Source: Candidatus Zixiibacteriota bacterium (lineage in GTDB: Bacteria > Zixibacteria > MSB-5A5 > GN15 > FEB-12). From it: DNA of 18,528 nucleotides. The notes beneath the pieces were generated by a model. The model ran no database searches, was not told the DNA's origin, and saw only the letters and a list, made by a program, of their open reading frames with translations. The stretch spans positions 1-18,528 of the forward strand of contig JBGSIV010000277.1 in the NCBI GenBank assembly GCA_041742355.1, in the 5' to 3' direction. The position numbers were made by a program, and so were the translations under genes. Below are positions 1 through 9,080 of this stretch, piece by piece. Each line of letters starts with the position of its first letter. Positions within the stretch are counted from its first letter, which is position 1.

Positions 1-13
1 GTTCATCACGCAT
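1..13 (-). CDS. Possible 5' end of a gene running off the left edge (M-R-D-E...)
   Basis: ATG at 13 on the minus strand, preceded by AGGA. Only 4 codons are visible, so the product cannot be determined. Confidence 0.25.
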
Positions 14-68
14 GGTCGCTGTCCTAAACGGCATATCCTGGCTCCTCTGTAAGTAACCCAAGATAGCC

Positions 69-116
69 AACCTGTATACCATGTCTTGAAAGAACATGTA
101 TACTATGTCATGATAG
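69..116. repeat. Tandem 24-bp imperfect direct repeat (operator-like)
   Basis: aacctgtataccatgtcttgaaag (69-92) vs aacatgtatactatgtcatgatag (93-116), 20/24 identical, AT-rich and intergenic. Confidence 0.6.
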
Positions 117-120
117 CGTA

Positions 121-306
121 CACACAAGGCCGCCCCCTACGGGAGGAGATTCTTGCCTGTCGTGCGCGGCAGATGTCCTCATCTGCCGCGTAGGGGCAGG
201 ACTTGTCCCCGCATACTCTCTTCGACTTCGCTTATCTGCGTAGGGGCGGGGCTTGTCTCCGCCCCTCGGTGGCCCACTACATCCGGCCGCAGGCGGCCTG
301 ACCTAC
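121..306. repeat. REP-like palindrome cluster 1
   Basis: 11-bp perfect stem cgcggcagatg-tcct-catctgccgcg (165-190). GTAG-headed units at 190(+), 240(+), 140(-), 280(-) and 306(-). 162-197 is identical to 16122-16157, and 238-264 is identical to 16148-16174. Confidence 0.8.
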
Positions 307-314
307 TCCTCTTT

Positions 315-2183
315 TCACGCCGACACCGCTTTATGCCGCTGCAACCACACCGACAGCACCGCGACATCCCCCGGTGTAATCCCCTCAATCCGCCCCGCCT
401 GGCCGAGCGAAGCAGGCCGAAATCGCGCCAACTTCTCCGAGGCCTCTTTCTTCAGCCCGCTGATCCCCCGGAAATTGAAATCCTCGGGGATCGATTCCCG
501 CTCCATCCGCTTGAACTTGTCAATTTCCCGCTGTTGCTTCTCAACATACCCGGCGTACCGCACCGTGATCGCCGCCCGCTCAAGCACCACGGGATCCCCG
601 GACAACTTGTCAGCATACTGCTGCAGCCAGACCACCGCTTCTCCGATCGAGAGGGTCGGCTGCTTGAGCAAGGTGTCCAGACTGATCGAGTCGACCCGGG
701 TGAACCGCTTGGCCTGATCACCCAACTGGTCGACCCGCACCCGGATTTTTGGCACAGCGGCCACAACCGCCGCAGTCCGGCGGCGAATATCCTCAAAGGC
801 AGTCAATTCCGTCTCGGGCAACAGCCCATAACGCCGGGCGTATTCGTTGAGCCGGTCCCGCGCGTTATCTTCGCGCAGGGTCAGGCGATACTCGGCCCGC
901 GAGGTGAACATGCGGTAGGGTTCGGTGGTCGATCGGGTAGTCAGGTCATCGACCATTACCCCGATATACGCCTCCGACCGGTCGAGCACGAATGGCTCCT
1001 CCCGCTCGATTGACAACACGGCGTTGATCCCGGCCATGATCCCCTGGCCGGCTGCTTCTTCATACCCGGAGGTGCCGTTGATCTGCCCGGCGAGAAAGAG
1101 CCCCCGGAGAAGGCGGGTCTCCAGCGACGGCTTGATCTGGTAGGCCGGGCAGTAGTCATACTCGACCGCATATCCCGGTCGAGTCACCCGTACTTCCTCC
1201 AGACCAACGACCGTCCGGATCGCCCGGTTCTGAACCTCCTCCGGCAGCGCGGTGGAGAACCCGTTGGGGTACACTTCGTTCGTGCCGTTTCCCTCGGGCT
1301 CGAGGAAGAGTTGGTGCCGCTCCTTGTCGGCGAACCGGAAGAACTTATCCTCAATCGACGGGCAGTAGCGCGGCCCGGTCGAGGTGATCTGCCCGGAGAA
1401 CATCGGCGACAGGTGGTGGTTCTCGTTGATAATCTGCCTGGTGGCGTCGGTCGTGTAGGTCAGGTGGCAGCACGCCTGCTGGAATTCCCGGCGCGGGGAG
1501 CGGCTGGAAAAGAACGGCACCGGCTCTTCCCCCGGCTGGATTTCGCACTTCGACCAGTCAATCGTGTCACCGTCAAGGCGGGGAGGAGTCCCGGTCTTGA
1601 GCCGCCCCACCTCGAAGCCGAACGACCGGAACGATTCCGACAGCTTGTAAGCCGCCGGCTCCCCGATCCGTCCGGCCCGGACTTGTTTCGGCCCAATGTG
1701 AATAAGCCCGCCGAGGAATGTCCCGGTCGCAATCACTGCCGCTCGACAGGAGATCAGCTCCCCCGTTTCGAGGCGGATACCGACCACATCTCCCTGCTCG
1801 GCCACTATCTCCCCGGCCAGTCCTTCGATCACCGTGACCCGGGGATGGTCTTTTACAAAGGCGACGACAAAGTCGTTGTAACCGATTCGGTCGGCTTGTG
1901 CCCGGGTGGACCAGACGGCAGGGCCGCGGGAGAGGTTGAGCCGTCGGAATTGGATACCGGTGGCGTCGATGGCCAGCCCCATCAGCCCACCCAGAGCGTC
2001 GACCTCTTTTACTATGTGCGACTTGCCGATTCCACCGATCGCCGGATTGCAGGACATGAGCGCCAGACGTCCGGGATCCATAGTGATGATCGCGGCGGTT
2101 CTGCCCATACGAGCAGCGGCCAGGGCTGCTTCAACCCCGGCGTGTCCGCCGCCGACGACAATTATGTCAAAATCTTGGCGCAT
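315..2183 (-). CDS. mnmG: tRNA uridine-34 5-carboxymethylaminomethyl modification enzyme MnmG (GidA)
   Basis: 622 aa. FAD-binding IVVGGGHAGVEAA, MSCNPAIGG, RLKTGTPPRL, GPRYCPSIEDK, AGQINGTSGYEEAAGQG and EPYRMFTSRAEYRL motifs. Confidence 0.99.
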   Translation of the reverse strand: MRQDFDIIVVGGGHAGVEAALAAARMGRTAAIITMDPGRLALMSCNPAIGGIGKSHIVKEVDALGGLMGLAIDATGIQFRRLNLSRGPAVWSTRAQADRIGYNDFVVAFVKDHPRVTVIEGLAGEIVAEQGDVVGIRLETGELISCRAAVIATGTFLGGLIHIGPKQVRAGRIGEPAAYKLSESFRSFGFEVGRLKTGTPPRLDGDTIDWSKCEIQPGEEPVPFFSSRSPRREFQQACCHLTYTTDATRQIINENHHLSPMFSGQITSTGPRYCPSIEDKFFRFADKERHQLFLEPEGNGTNEVYPNGFSTALPEEVQNRAIRTVVGLEEVRVTRPGYAVEYDYCPAYQIKPSLETRLLRGLFLAGQINGTSGYEEAAGQGIMAGINAVLSIEREEPFVLDRSEAYIGVMVDDLTTRSTTEPYRMFTSRAEYRLTLREDNARDRLNEYARRYGLLPETELTAFEDIRRRTAAVVAAVPKIRVRVDQLGDQAKRFTRVDSISLDTLLKQPTLSIGEAVVWLQQYADKLSGDPVVLERAAITVRYAGYVEKQQREIDKFKRMERESIPEDFNFRGISGLKKEASEKLARFRPASLGQAGRIEGITPGDVAVLSVWLQRHKAVSA

Positions 2184-2193
2184 CTTCTCTTCT

Positions 2194-2296
2194 GTAGGGC
2201 AGGAGCCCCCAGGCTCCTGCCATCACGGTCTGCCCATTATCGAGGCGGGAGTCTGGGGACTCCCGCCCTACAATCTCGCTCCGTAACCCGACCTAC
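2194..2296. repeat. Inverted REP-like pair (REPIN-like) plus a partial third unit
   Basis: GTAGGGCAGGAGCCCCCAGGCTCCTGCC (+, 2194-2221) faces GTAGGGCGGGAGTCCCCAGACTCCCGCC (-, 2271-2244), with compensatory stem changes. A further GTAGGTCGGGTTACGG unit starts on the minus strand at 2296. Confidence 0.8.
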
Positions 2297-2330
2297 GGAT
2301 CACTTGGCTAATCGACTTCCCCCAACCCCT

Positions 2331-2346
2331 TGTTTCACGTGAAACA
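2331..2346. promoter_or_regulatory. parS centromere-like site (ParB/Spo0J binding)
   Basis: Perfect 16-bp palindrome TGTTTCACGTGAAACA matching the chromosomal parS consensus, in the expected origin-proximal gene context. Confidence 0.93.
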
Positions 2347-2349
2347 CCG

Positions 2350-3752
2350 TTATTTTCCGATACAGAACTTCGCGAAGATCTGTCCGAGGATATCTTCATT
2401 ATAAATCCGGCCGGTGATTTCGGCCAACGATCCAGCCGCCTGACGCAGGTCAAATGCTACCAGCTCGGGCGACTCGCCCAAAGTAAGCTTTTCTTCCGCC
2501 CCATGCAAGGCCTCCAGCGCCTCGCTTAGCTTCTGACGGTGGCGGGCCGAGGTCACCACCAGACCGGATGTCAAATCCGGCATCTGCTCCCTGATTATCT
2601 CGGTCAACCGCCCGGTCAGTTGGTCCATCCCCTCCCCTGTCTTGCAGGAGAAGAAGACGGCGTCCGCCCCCGCCAGCACCGGTGGCGCCCCAACCGTCCC
2701 GACCGCCAGGTCAACCTTGTTCCCCCCCACCAATACGCGGTACTCCGCCAGCTCCTTCAGATCGGCCGCCAGTCGCGTTCCCCATGTCTTTACGGATACA
2801 TCCGCCAGCCACAACACCAGGTCAGCCTCGGCCATGATTTTCCGCGCCGATGTCTGCCCGGCCCGCTCGATCTGCCCACCCCCTTTGCGAATACCGGCGG
2901 TGTCGATCAGATTGACAGCAAATCCTCCGAGGTCAATCCATTCCGACAGGTAGTCCCGGGTTGTCCCCGGGGTCGGCGTCACCAACGCCCGTTCCTGTCG
3001 CAGCAGCCGGTTAAACAGCGACGACTTGCCAGCGTTGGGCCGTCCGCCGATCGCCACTTTGAACCCCTCCCGGATCAATCGTCCCCCGCGGTAGGTCGCC
3101 GCCAACTCCTCAATCTTTTCGCGCGCCGAGACCACCATCCGGCGCTGTTCCTCTATTGTCTCCGGGTCAATCTGCTCTTCGGGGAAATCGATCGAGGCTT
3201 CGACCTCGGCGATCACGGCCACGATCTCCTCGCGGAGCTCCTCGATGTGTCCGGTGTACGCGCCCAGCAAATGCTCCCGGGCTGCCTGCAGCGATGTTTC
3301 CGTGTTGGCGCCGATCACCTCGGCCACGGCCTCGGCCCGGGACAGGTCAATCCGTCCGGAGAGAAAAGCGAGCCGCGTGAACTCCCCCGGCTCGGCCGCA
3401 CGGGCTCCCGACCGCAGGAAGACATCGAGCATCTCTCGCACCACAAGGCGCCCACCGTGGCCGAATACTTCAACCTGCTCCAGGCCGGTAAACGATTGCC
3501 CGGCCGGCATGTAGACCGCCAGGACCTCGTCGATAACCCTCCCGGATGCGTCTCGGAACAACCCGTGCCGCATCAGAAACGGTTGCGGTAGAATATCATA
3601 TGAGGAAGTGAAGTGACGTGACAGAAGGGCCAAGCTGTCCTGCCCGGCCAACCGGATGGCAGCGACGCCCCCCTCGCCGGGAGGCGTGATTACGGCGGCG
3701 ATTGTCTCGCCGCCGATTAGGTCAGTATTTTTTTTTTTGAGTCTCCCGCCAT
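2350..3752 (-). CDS. mnmE: tRNA modification GTPase MnmE (TrmE); likely ATG at 3752 is out of frame across an A11 tract
   Basis: SFTGLEQVEVFGHGG, AEPGEFTRLAF, G1 GRPNAGKSS, GTTRD, DTAG, NKVD and C-terminal FCIGK. The conserved N-terminal ETIAAVITPPGEGGVAAIRL is in frame upstream of the ORF-track TTG (3651). Confidence 0.96.
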
Positions 3753-3753
3753 C

Positions 3754-5469
3754 CTACGCCGTCTTGATCTGCGGGTTCTTTATCTGATTCCGCTTGAACA
3801 GGAACCAGTCCATAAACGACAGGAGCGAGAACGCCGTCCAGTAGAGGATCAGGCCCGAGGGCAGGCTGTAGAGGAAGAATCCAAGCATGACCGGGAATAT
3901 GTACGTCAGCGCTTTCTGCTGGCCGCCTCCTCCCGACTGCATGGTCAGCATCGATGACGCCAGTTGCGCGACGACCATAATGATTACCAGAATAATCAGC
4001 GGATCCGTGAATCCTGTGGCGCCCTGCGACAGGTCATCGACAAACCAGACAAACGGCTCGTTGCGCAGAAGAATGGTCGCCTGGAAGACACGGAACATGG
4101 CGATCATCAACGGCATCTGCGGCAGCATTACGAGACACCCCGACATCGGATTCACCCCGTGCTCTTTGTACAGCCGCATCGTCTCCCGCTGGAGCGCCTG
4201 CGGGTCCTTCGCGTGGCGTTTTTTCAGATCCTCAAGTTTTGGAGCGATATCGCGCATCCCCTGCATCGACTTGAACTGCTTCAGTGACAGCGGCAGGGTG
4301 ATGAGTTTGACGATCACCGCAAAGAGGAACAGCACGACGCCGTAGTTGGGCACCACCTCGTGCAGCTTGGGCAGCAGCCACATGATCGCGATCGCGAACG
4401 GCTTGATGAGCATGCCGAAAAAGGGCATCGTGCCGATATCGAGCATCGCCTCGAGATCCACATTGTAGTCGTCCATGCGAAGGTAATCGAGCGGCCCGAC
4501 ATAAACCGTGAAGCTGTCGCTGACTCCCTCGACTCCGGCGAACGGCATGACCACTCCCGCCGTGATATTGCGGATCTCTACGCGCCCATCCTCGGTCGAA
4601 ATCGACTGCTTGGACCCCTGCGCCACCGCCGCCTGGCCTTCCCGGCTTCGCGGGATAATCACGGCAGAGAAAAACTTGCTGCGAAGACCGACCCAGGTGG
4701 TGTAGCCGTCGAGGCTCTGATTGAGCTGGTCGTCGCGGAATTCCTCGATCGCTTCGCGCGATCCCCCCTGCATCGTCACCGCCTGCATCGAGCCGTAATC
4801 CGACGACGCCTGCGGCTCGGTTACGCCGAGCGGCGTATTCCACCACATCGTGTAGCTGCGCTCGAACCCGAAGCTGGCGGTGTTTTCGACCGTGAACGTC
4901 AGATCATAGTGATATTCGTTCGGATAGAAGTAGTAGGTCTTGGTAATCGCGCCGCCCGCCTCATTCGTGTAGCGGTAGCGCAATTCGACTGTGTCCCGGG
5001 TCGCATCGTAGGTGCCTGCGGGGCGGCTGGCCTGGTACGGAAGCACCGCCGTGGAATAGGTTCCGCCGGCGAATACCGCGTTCGGCGTCGCGGCTTCGCT
5101 CTCCGGGATCATTTCGACCTGCCCGTCGTCCCGGTACTCGTACTCCTTGAGTTCCATCGACACGGGTCCGCCGCCGTGGTTGGACAGGAGCACGCTGTAC
5201 AGCTGCGTTTCGACCCGGATCGTGTCGATCGGCAGGGTATCCGGCAGCTCGGCCGGGAGCGCTCCCGGTTTGGTCAGGATCTCGCTGACATCCTCGGGTG
5301 CGCCGGAGCCGGTATCAACGGGGCCGGGGGTAACCGCGGTCGTATCCTGAGTCTGTTGCGGGGGAGGCGGCGTCGGCTGCTCGTACAAGCCCAGGAACTG
5401 CAGAATGGGGTAGTAGAAAACGATGACGAGACCGAGCAGGACGACTATGATGATTGTCTTTTTATCCAC
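3754..5469 (-). CDS. yidC: Membrane protein insertase YidC
   Basis: 571 aa. N-terminal TM helix, large periplasmic domain, NYGVVLFLFAVIVKLITLPL, GVNPMSGCLVMLPQMP, LPSGLILYW. Synteny with rnpA/yidD/mnmE. Confidence 0.97.
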   Translation of the reverse strand: MDKKTIIIVVLLGLVIVFYYPILQFLGLYEQPTPPPPQQTQDTTAVTPGPVDTGSGAPEDVSEILTKPGALPAELPDTLPIDTIRVETQLYSVLLSNHGGGPVSMELKEYEYRDDGQVEMIPESEAATPNAVFAGGTYSTAVLPYQASRPAGTYDATRDTVELRYRYTNEAGGAITKTYYFYPNEYHYDLTFTVENTASFGFERSYTMWWNTPLGVTEPQASSDYGSMQAVTMQGGSREAIEEFRDDQLNQSLDGYTTWVGLRSKFFSAVIIPRSREGQAAVAQGSKQSISTEDGRVEIRNITAGVVMPFAGVEGVSDSFTVYVGPLDYLRMDDYNVDLEAMLDIGTMPFFGMLIKPFAIAIMWLLPKLHEVVPNYGVVLFLFAVIVKLITLPLSLKQFKSMQGMRDIAPKLEDLKKRHAKDPQALQRETMRLYKEHGVNPMSGCLVMLPQMPLMIAMFRVFQATILLRNEPFVWFVDDLSQGATGFTDPLIILVIIMVVAQLASSMLTMQSGGGGQQKALTYIFPVMLGFFLYSLPSGLILYWTAFSLLSFMDWFLFKRNQIKNPQIKTA

Positions 5470-5531
5470 GGAGTGAGCCTTGTGTTTATGATCAGTATTC
5501 CCTTACCGTCGCAATATTCACCACAACGTGT

Positions 5532-5801
5532 TTATGGCACCGGGTCGTAGCCGCCCGGATGGAGGGGGTGACAGCGCAGAATCCGACGAACAGCCAGATA
5601 GGAGCCGCGAAGGGCTCCATGGGTCCGCAGGGCGTCGACAGCGTAGTTCGAGCAACTCGGGTAGAATCGACAGCTCCCCGCGAAAAACGCCGAAAACATT
5701 GCCTGATAAAGTCTTACGATTAATATTAGGAGCGTCGCGAAGGGCGACCGCCAAGCCTTACCGGCTGCTGATGGTTTCAAATATTCGACCGAATTCCGCA
5801 T
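5532..5801 (-). CDS. yidD: Membrane protein insertion efficiency factor YidD
   Basis: RLYQ...CRFYPSCSNYA...RILRCHPLHPGGYDPVP signature. The exact start is uncertain (overlaps rnpA). Confidence 0.95.
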   Translation of the reverse strand: MRNSVEYLKPSAAGKAWRSPFATLLILIVRLYQAMFSAFFAGSCRFYPSCSNYAVDALRTHGALRGSYLAVRRILRCHPLHPGGYDPVP

Positions 5802-6102
5802 TCACTGTGTCAAATCGAGGTACCGCCTCCGCTGTAATCGGCAGCACCGCGACCCGGACCTCCCGTTTCAGGCGGTGACGGTTTAGCCTGAGCGCTTCGC
5901 GGAAGAGGCGTTTGAGGCGGTTGCGGCGTACGGCTGTGCCATGCCGCCGCCCGACCACCACAATGTAGCCAAAGCCCTTGGCCGGGAGCCACTTAAGCAA
6001 AAACCCCTCGCCCCGGACCGGCTTGCCGTAGCGGAGCAGTTCTCCGATCTCACGGCGCCCCTTCAAACTCAGGCGGCGAGGAAGCTTACTTCTTGCGGGC
6101 AA
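5758..6102 (-). CDS. rnpA: Ribonuclease P protein component
   Basis: 114-aa basic protein with RNR motif [13 protein letters not shown], directly downstream of rpmH; TTG start. Confidence 0.95.
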   Translation of the reverse strand: MPARSKLPRRLSLKGRREIGELLRYGKPVRGEGFLLKWLPAKGFGYIVVVGRRHGTAVRRNRLKRLFREALRLNRHRLKREVRVAVLPITAEAVPRFDTVNAEFGRIFETISSR

Positions 6103-6238
6103 CCTTGACTGCGAGTCGCTTTCTTCCTTTGGCGCGACGGCGCGAGAGGACGAGACGTCCGCCCCGAGTCGCCATGCGCTTGCGGAAGCCGTGGTCGTTC
6201 AATTTTTTCCGGTTTGACGGCTGAAATGTCCGTTTCAT
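6086..6238 (-). CDS. rpmH: 50S ribosomal protein L34 (not in ORF track)
   Basis: Manual translation [50 protein letters not shown] (50 aa). Confidence 0.98.
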   Translation of the reverse strand: MKRTFQPSNRKKLNDHGFRKRMATRGGRLVLSRRRAKGRKRLAVKVARKK

Positions 6239-6272
6239 TCTTCTACCTTATCTTAATCCAGTTAAGCCTTGG

Positions 6273-6300
6273 AATATACAAAAACCGCGGGGGGCGTCAA
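6273..6300 (-). promoter_or_regulatory. Sigma70-type promoter for the rpmH operon
   Basis: TTGACG-N16-TATATT on the minus strand, about 35 bp upstream of the rpmH ATG. Confidence 0.65.
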
Positions 6301-6704
6301 GCGATTAATACGCCGGAATTTGCACTCCTGTCCCGGGCGAAATTCTGTCAAACCGTACCGGGGGCTCGAACCGGTGAAGTCTGCCCCCACGGATCCAAGA
6401 CAGCTTTGTCCATCGGTAGCTTCCGTACCCGAAATCCCCCTGCGACAACCCTGATTCTCGTCGGAGATTAGTCGCAAACCTTCACGCCGCGATGGCATTA
6501 AGAACAAAATACGGCCAGGCGAAAGAATTAATTACTGTCCTTTTAGAAAGTGGTGTATCATTGCTTAGATCATTCATCGTGCCGCTACCCCCATATGACA
6601 ATGTGACCCGGAGTGCTACCGTGCCAGGATATGGCGTGCAACTTCGGGTGGATGCCGGGTTGCTCCGGATGCGCCTCAGCAAGACGGGGATTTGCAGAGC
6701 GTGA

Positions 6705-6720
6705 AGTGATACCTGTCACA
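6705..6720. promoter_or_regulatory. Possible CRP-family binding site upstream of kaiC
   Basis: AGTGA-TACCTG-TCACA, 9/10 match to TGTGA-N6-TCACA. No convincing -10 at canonical distance. Confidence 0.35.
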
Positions 6721-6866
6721 TCCTGCCGCTTTTCTTTTGCCTGCTCTTCTGTTGCCCGCTTCAAAGGAGAATATACGCCCGGCCTGTGCACCAGGGAGGT
6801 CCTGCACACCCTGGCCGGCAGCAACCCGCCGATCGGCGCCGGCTTGAATATTACGGAGAAAGCGGA

Positions 6867-8636
6867 ATGGCGGTACGGGCCAAGCAGACAATCACCAGGC
6901 AACCCCGGTCGCGCGACACGGTCTTCACCCAGTTGGCCAAAACCGCGACCGGTATCAGAGGGTTTGACGAAATCACCTATGGCGGCCTGCCGAAAGGGCG
7001 GCCGGCGCTCGTCGCCGGCCGGGCCGGTTCAGGCAAGACCCTCTTCGCGATGGAGTTTCTCGTGCGAGGCGCCACCGAGTTCAACGAACCGGGCGTCTTG
7101 ATGAGCTTCGAGGAGACCTCGGATGAACTCATCAAGAACTTCAGTTCCCTCGGCTTCGACCTGTCCGACCTCATCGCGCACAATCGCCTCGCCATCGACT
7201 ACGTGACGGTCGAGCGGGAGCATATCGAAGAGACCGGCGAGTATGACCTCGAGGGTTTGTTCGTACGGCTCGACTACGCAATCAAGCAGGTCAATGCGAA
7301 ACGGATCGTCCTCGACACGATTGAGGCCCTCTTCTCCGGCCTCAAAAACGAGGCTATCCTCCGCGCCGAGCTGCGCCGCCTCTTCCGCTGGCTGAAATCA
7401 CGCGGCGTGACGGCGGTTATCACCGGTGAACGCGGCAAAGACACGCTCACCCGCCACGGCCTTGAGGAGTATGTCGCCGACTGTGTCGTCGTTCTCGATC
7501 ACACGGTCACCGAGCGCGTGGCCACTCGTCGCATGCGCATCCTCAAGTACCGCGGCTCGTTCCACGGCATGGATGAGTACCCCTTCCTGATCACGGAGCG
7601 GGGCCTCTCTGTCCTCCCCCTGACTTCCAGCCGCCTGGAGCACTCGGTCACGAACGAGCGAGTCTCCACAGGGGTTCCGCGCCTCGACGCCATGCTCGGC
7701 GGAGAGGGTTACTACAAGGGGACAAGCGTCCTCGTCTCGGGAACCCCCGGGACAGGAAAATCCACCCTCGCCGCCCATTTTGCCCGGGCGGCGTGCGACC
7801 GAGGGGAACGCGTGCTCTACTTCGCGTTCGAGGAAGCCCCGAATCAGATCGTCCGCAACATGCAGTCGGTCGGGCTGGATTTGTCCCCATGCCTCAAGAG
7901 CGGCACCCTTCGCATCGACTCCCGCCGCCCCACCATGTGGGGACTCGAACTCCACCTCGCCTCGATCCACCGGGAGATAGTCGACTTCCAACCGGCCATC
8001 GTCATCATTGATCCCATCTCCAACCTCACCACGATTGGGACACAGAACGAGGTGCGTTCAATGCTGATCCGGCTTGTCGACTTCATCAAGAACAGCGGCA
8101 TCACCTCTCTCTACACCGAGCTGCTGGGGAGTACTCAGGAAGCGGAATTGACCCGCGATGGCGTCTCTTCCCTCATGGACACCTGGGTGATCCTGGAGGA
8201 CCTCGCATTCGCCGGCGAGCGCAACCGCGGTATCTACGTCAGGAAAGCCCGGGGCATTTCGCATTCCAACCAGGTCCGGGAGTTCCTCCTGACAGAGAAG
8301 GGCATCGACATTGTCGATGTCTACTCCGGTCCGGAAGGCGTGCTGACCGGCACCGCCCGGGTGGCCCAGGAGGCGCGCGCGCGGGCCGAGCGGGAGCAAC
8401 GCGAACAGGACTTGGTCCGCAAGCAGCGCGAACTGCAGCGCAAGGAGGAAGTGCTGAACGCGCAGATTTCCGTCCTGCGCAACCAGTTCGAGATCGAGCA
8501 GGAAGACCTGCGGCGTGTTATCGAAGAAGATGCCCGACGCGAAGAACAGGCGCGTGATATCGAGCGCAGGATTACCGGCATGCGCGATACGGAGCGCCCC
8601 CGGGAGACGTCAAAAAAAGGCCGGAAGAAAAAGTAA
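6867..8636 (+). CDS. kaiC: Circadian clock protein KaiC (KaiC2-like, double ATPase domain, C-terminal coiled coil)
   Basis: ATG 6867 follows GGAG; 589 aa. CI GRAGSGKT/SFEE/IVLD/KYRG and CII GTPGTGKS/AFEE/IIDP/KARG. Phosphosite segment GVSSLMDTW. E/R/Q-rich tail after GVLTGTAR. Confidence 0.96.
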   Translation: MAVRAKQTITRQPRSRDTVFTQLAKTATGIRGFDEITYGGLPKGRPALVAGRAGSGKTLFAMEFLVRGATEFNEPGVLMSFEETSDELIKNFSSLGFDLSDLIAHNRLAIDYVTVEREHIEETGEYDLEGLFVRLDYAIKQVNAKRIVLDTIEALFSGLKNEAILRAELRRLFRWLKSRGVTAVITGERGKDTLTRHGLEEYVADCVVVLDHTVTERVATRRMRILKYRGSFHGMDEYPFLITERGLSVLPLTSSRLEHSVTNERVSTGVPRLDAMLGGEGYYKGTSVLVSGTPGTGKSTLAAHFARAACDRGERVLYFAFEEAPNQIVRNMQSVGLDLSPCLKSGTLRIDSRRPTMWGLELHLASIHREIVDFQPAIVIIDPISNLTTIGTQNEVRSMLIRLVDFIKNSGITSLYTELLGSTQEAELTRDGVSSLMDTWVILEDLAFAGERNRGIYVRKARGISHSNQVREFLLTEKGIDIVDVYSGPEGVLTGTARVAQEARARAEREQREQDLVRKQRELQRKEEVLNAQISVLRNQFEIEQEDLRRVIEEDARREEQARDIERRITGMRDTERPRETSKKGRKKK

Positions 8637-8705
8637 GTAACACGGACCCGCTGCTGTCAGGCCACAACGTCCGGGCGGCGCGGCTCCGGCAGGAGTAACA
8701 ATTGT

Positions 8706-9080
8706 ATGGGCTCAAGTGTGAAACGCGCAGCAGCATCCACCCGTAAGCCGGCGGCCAAAACCGCCAGAAAGAGCACCCGCAGAATCGCAAAACCGCCGGT
8801 CAAATGGCAGCTGCGGCTCTATGTCGCCGGGCAGACCGAAAAATCGCTCACCGCTTTCCAGAACCTCAAGCGGATCTGCGAAGAACACCTCAAGGGGGAG
8901 TACGAAATCGAAGTGATCGACCTGCTGAAGAATCCGCAACTGGCCAAAGGAGATCAGATTCTCGCCCTGCCAACGCTGGTCCGGAAACTGCCCGAACCGG
9001 TGATAAAGATAATCGGAGACCTGTCAAATACCGAACGCCTGCTGGTCGGGCTTGACGTGCGGAAGACGGCGATAAAATGA
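8706..9080 (+). CDS. kaiB: KaiB family protein (copy 1) with basic N-terminal extension
   Basis: [52 protein letters not shown]. Confidence 0.95.
   Translation: MGSSVKRAAASTRKPAAKTARKSTRRIAKPPVKWQLRLYVAGQTEKSLTAFQNLKRICEEHLKGEYEIEVIDLLKNPQLAKGDQILALPTLVRKLPEPVIKIIGDLSNTERLLVGLDVRKTAIK

Noticed and set aside
121..306. Repeats considered as a CRISPR array
   Set aside because: No regular repeat-spacer periodicity and no cas genes; the units are REP-like hairpins.
3754..3756. TAG readthrough (pyrrolysine or suppression) giving a YidC-MnmE fusion
   Set aside because: The frames are continuous, but YidC ends at a normal position and an ATG lies 1 nt after the stop. A one-in-three coincidence plus an A-tract indel is simpler.
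5462..5525. DnaA-box-like TTATCCACG and TTCACCACA near the yidC start (oriC?)
   Set aside because: Both are mismatched, one is dictated by the yidC start codons, and there is no box cluster or adjacent dnaA.
6345..6403. Nested stem (ctgtc/gacag, ccgt/acgg, gggggc/gccccc) as a possible ncRNA or riboswitch
   Set aside because: Short interrupted helices with no recognisable Rfam motif; plausible by chance at this GC content.
6214..7101. Short ORFs in the rpmH-kaiC spacer as a kaiA-like gene, and the 6786 GTG start for kaiC
   Set aside because: No KaiA-like or otherwise protein-like sequence and no clear RBS; ATG 6867 has a GGAG RBS and better fits KaiC length.
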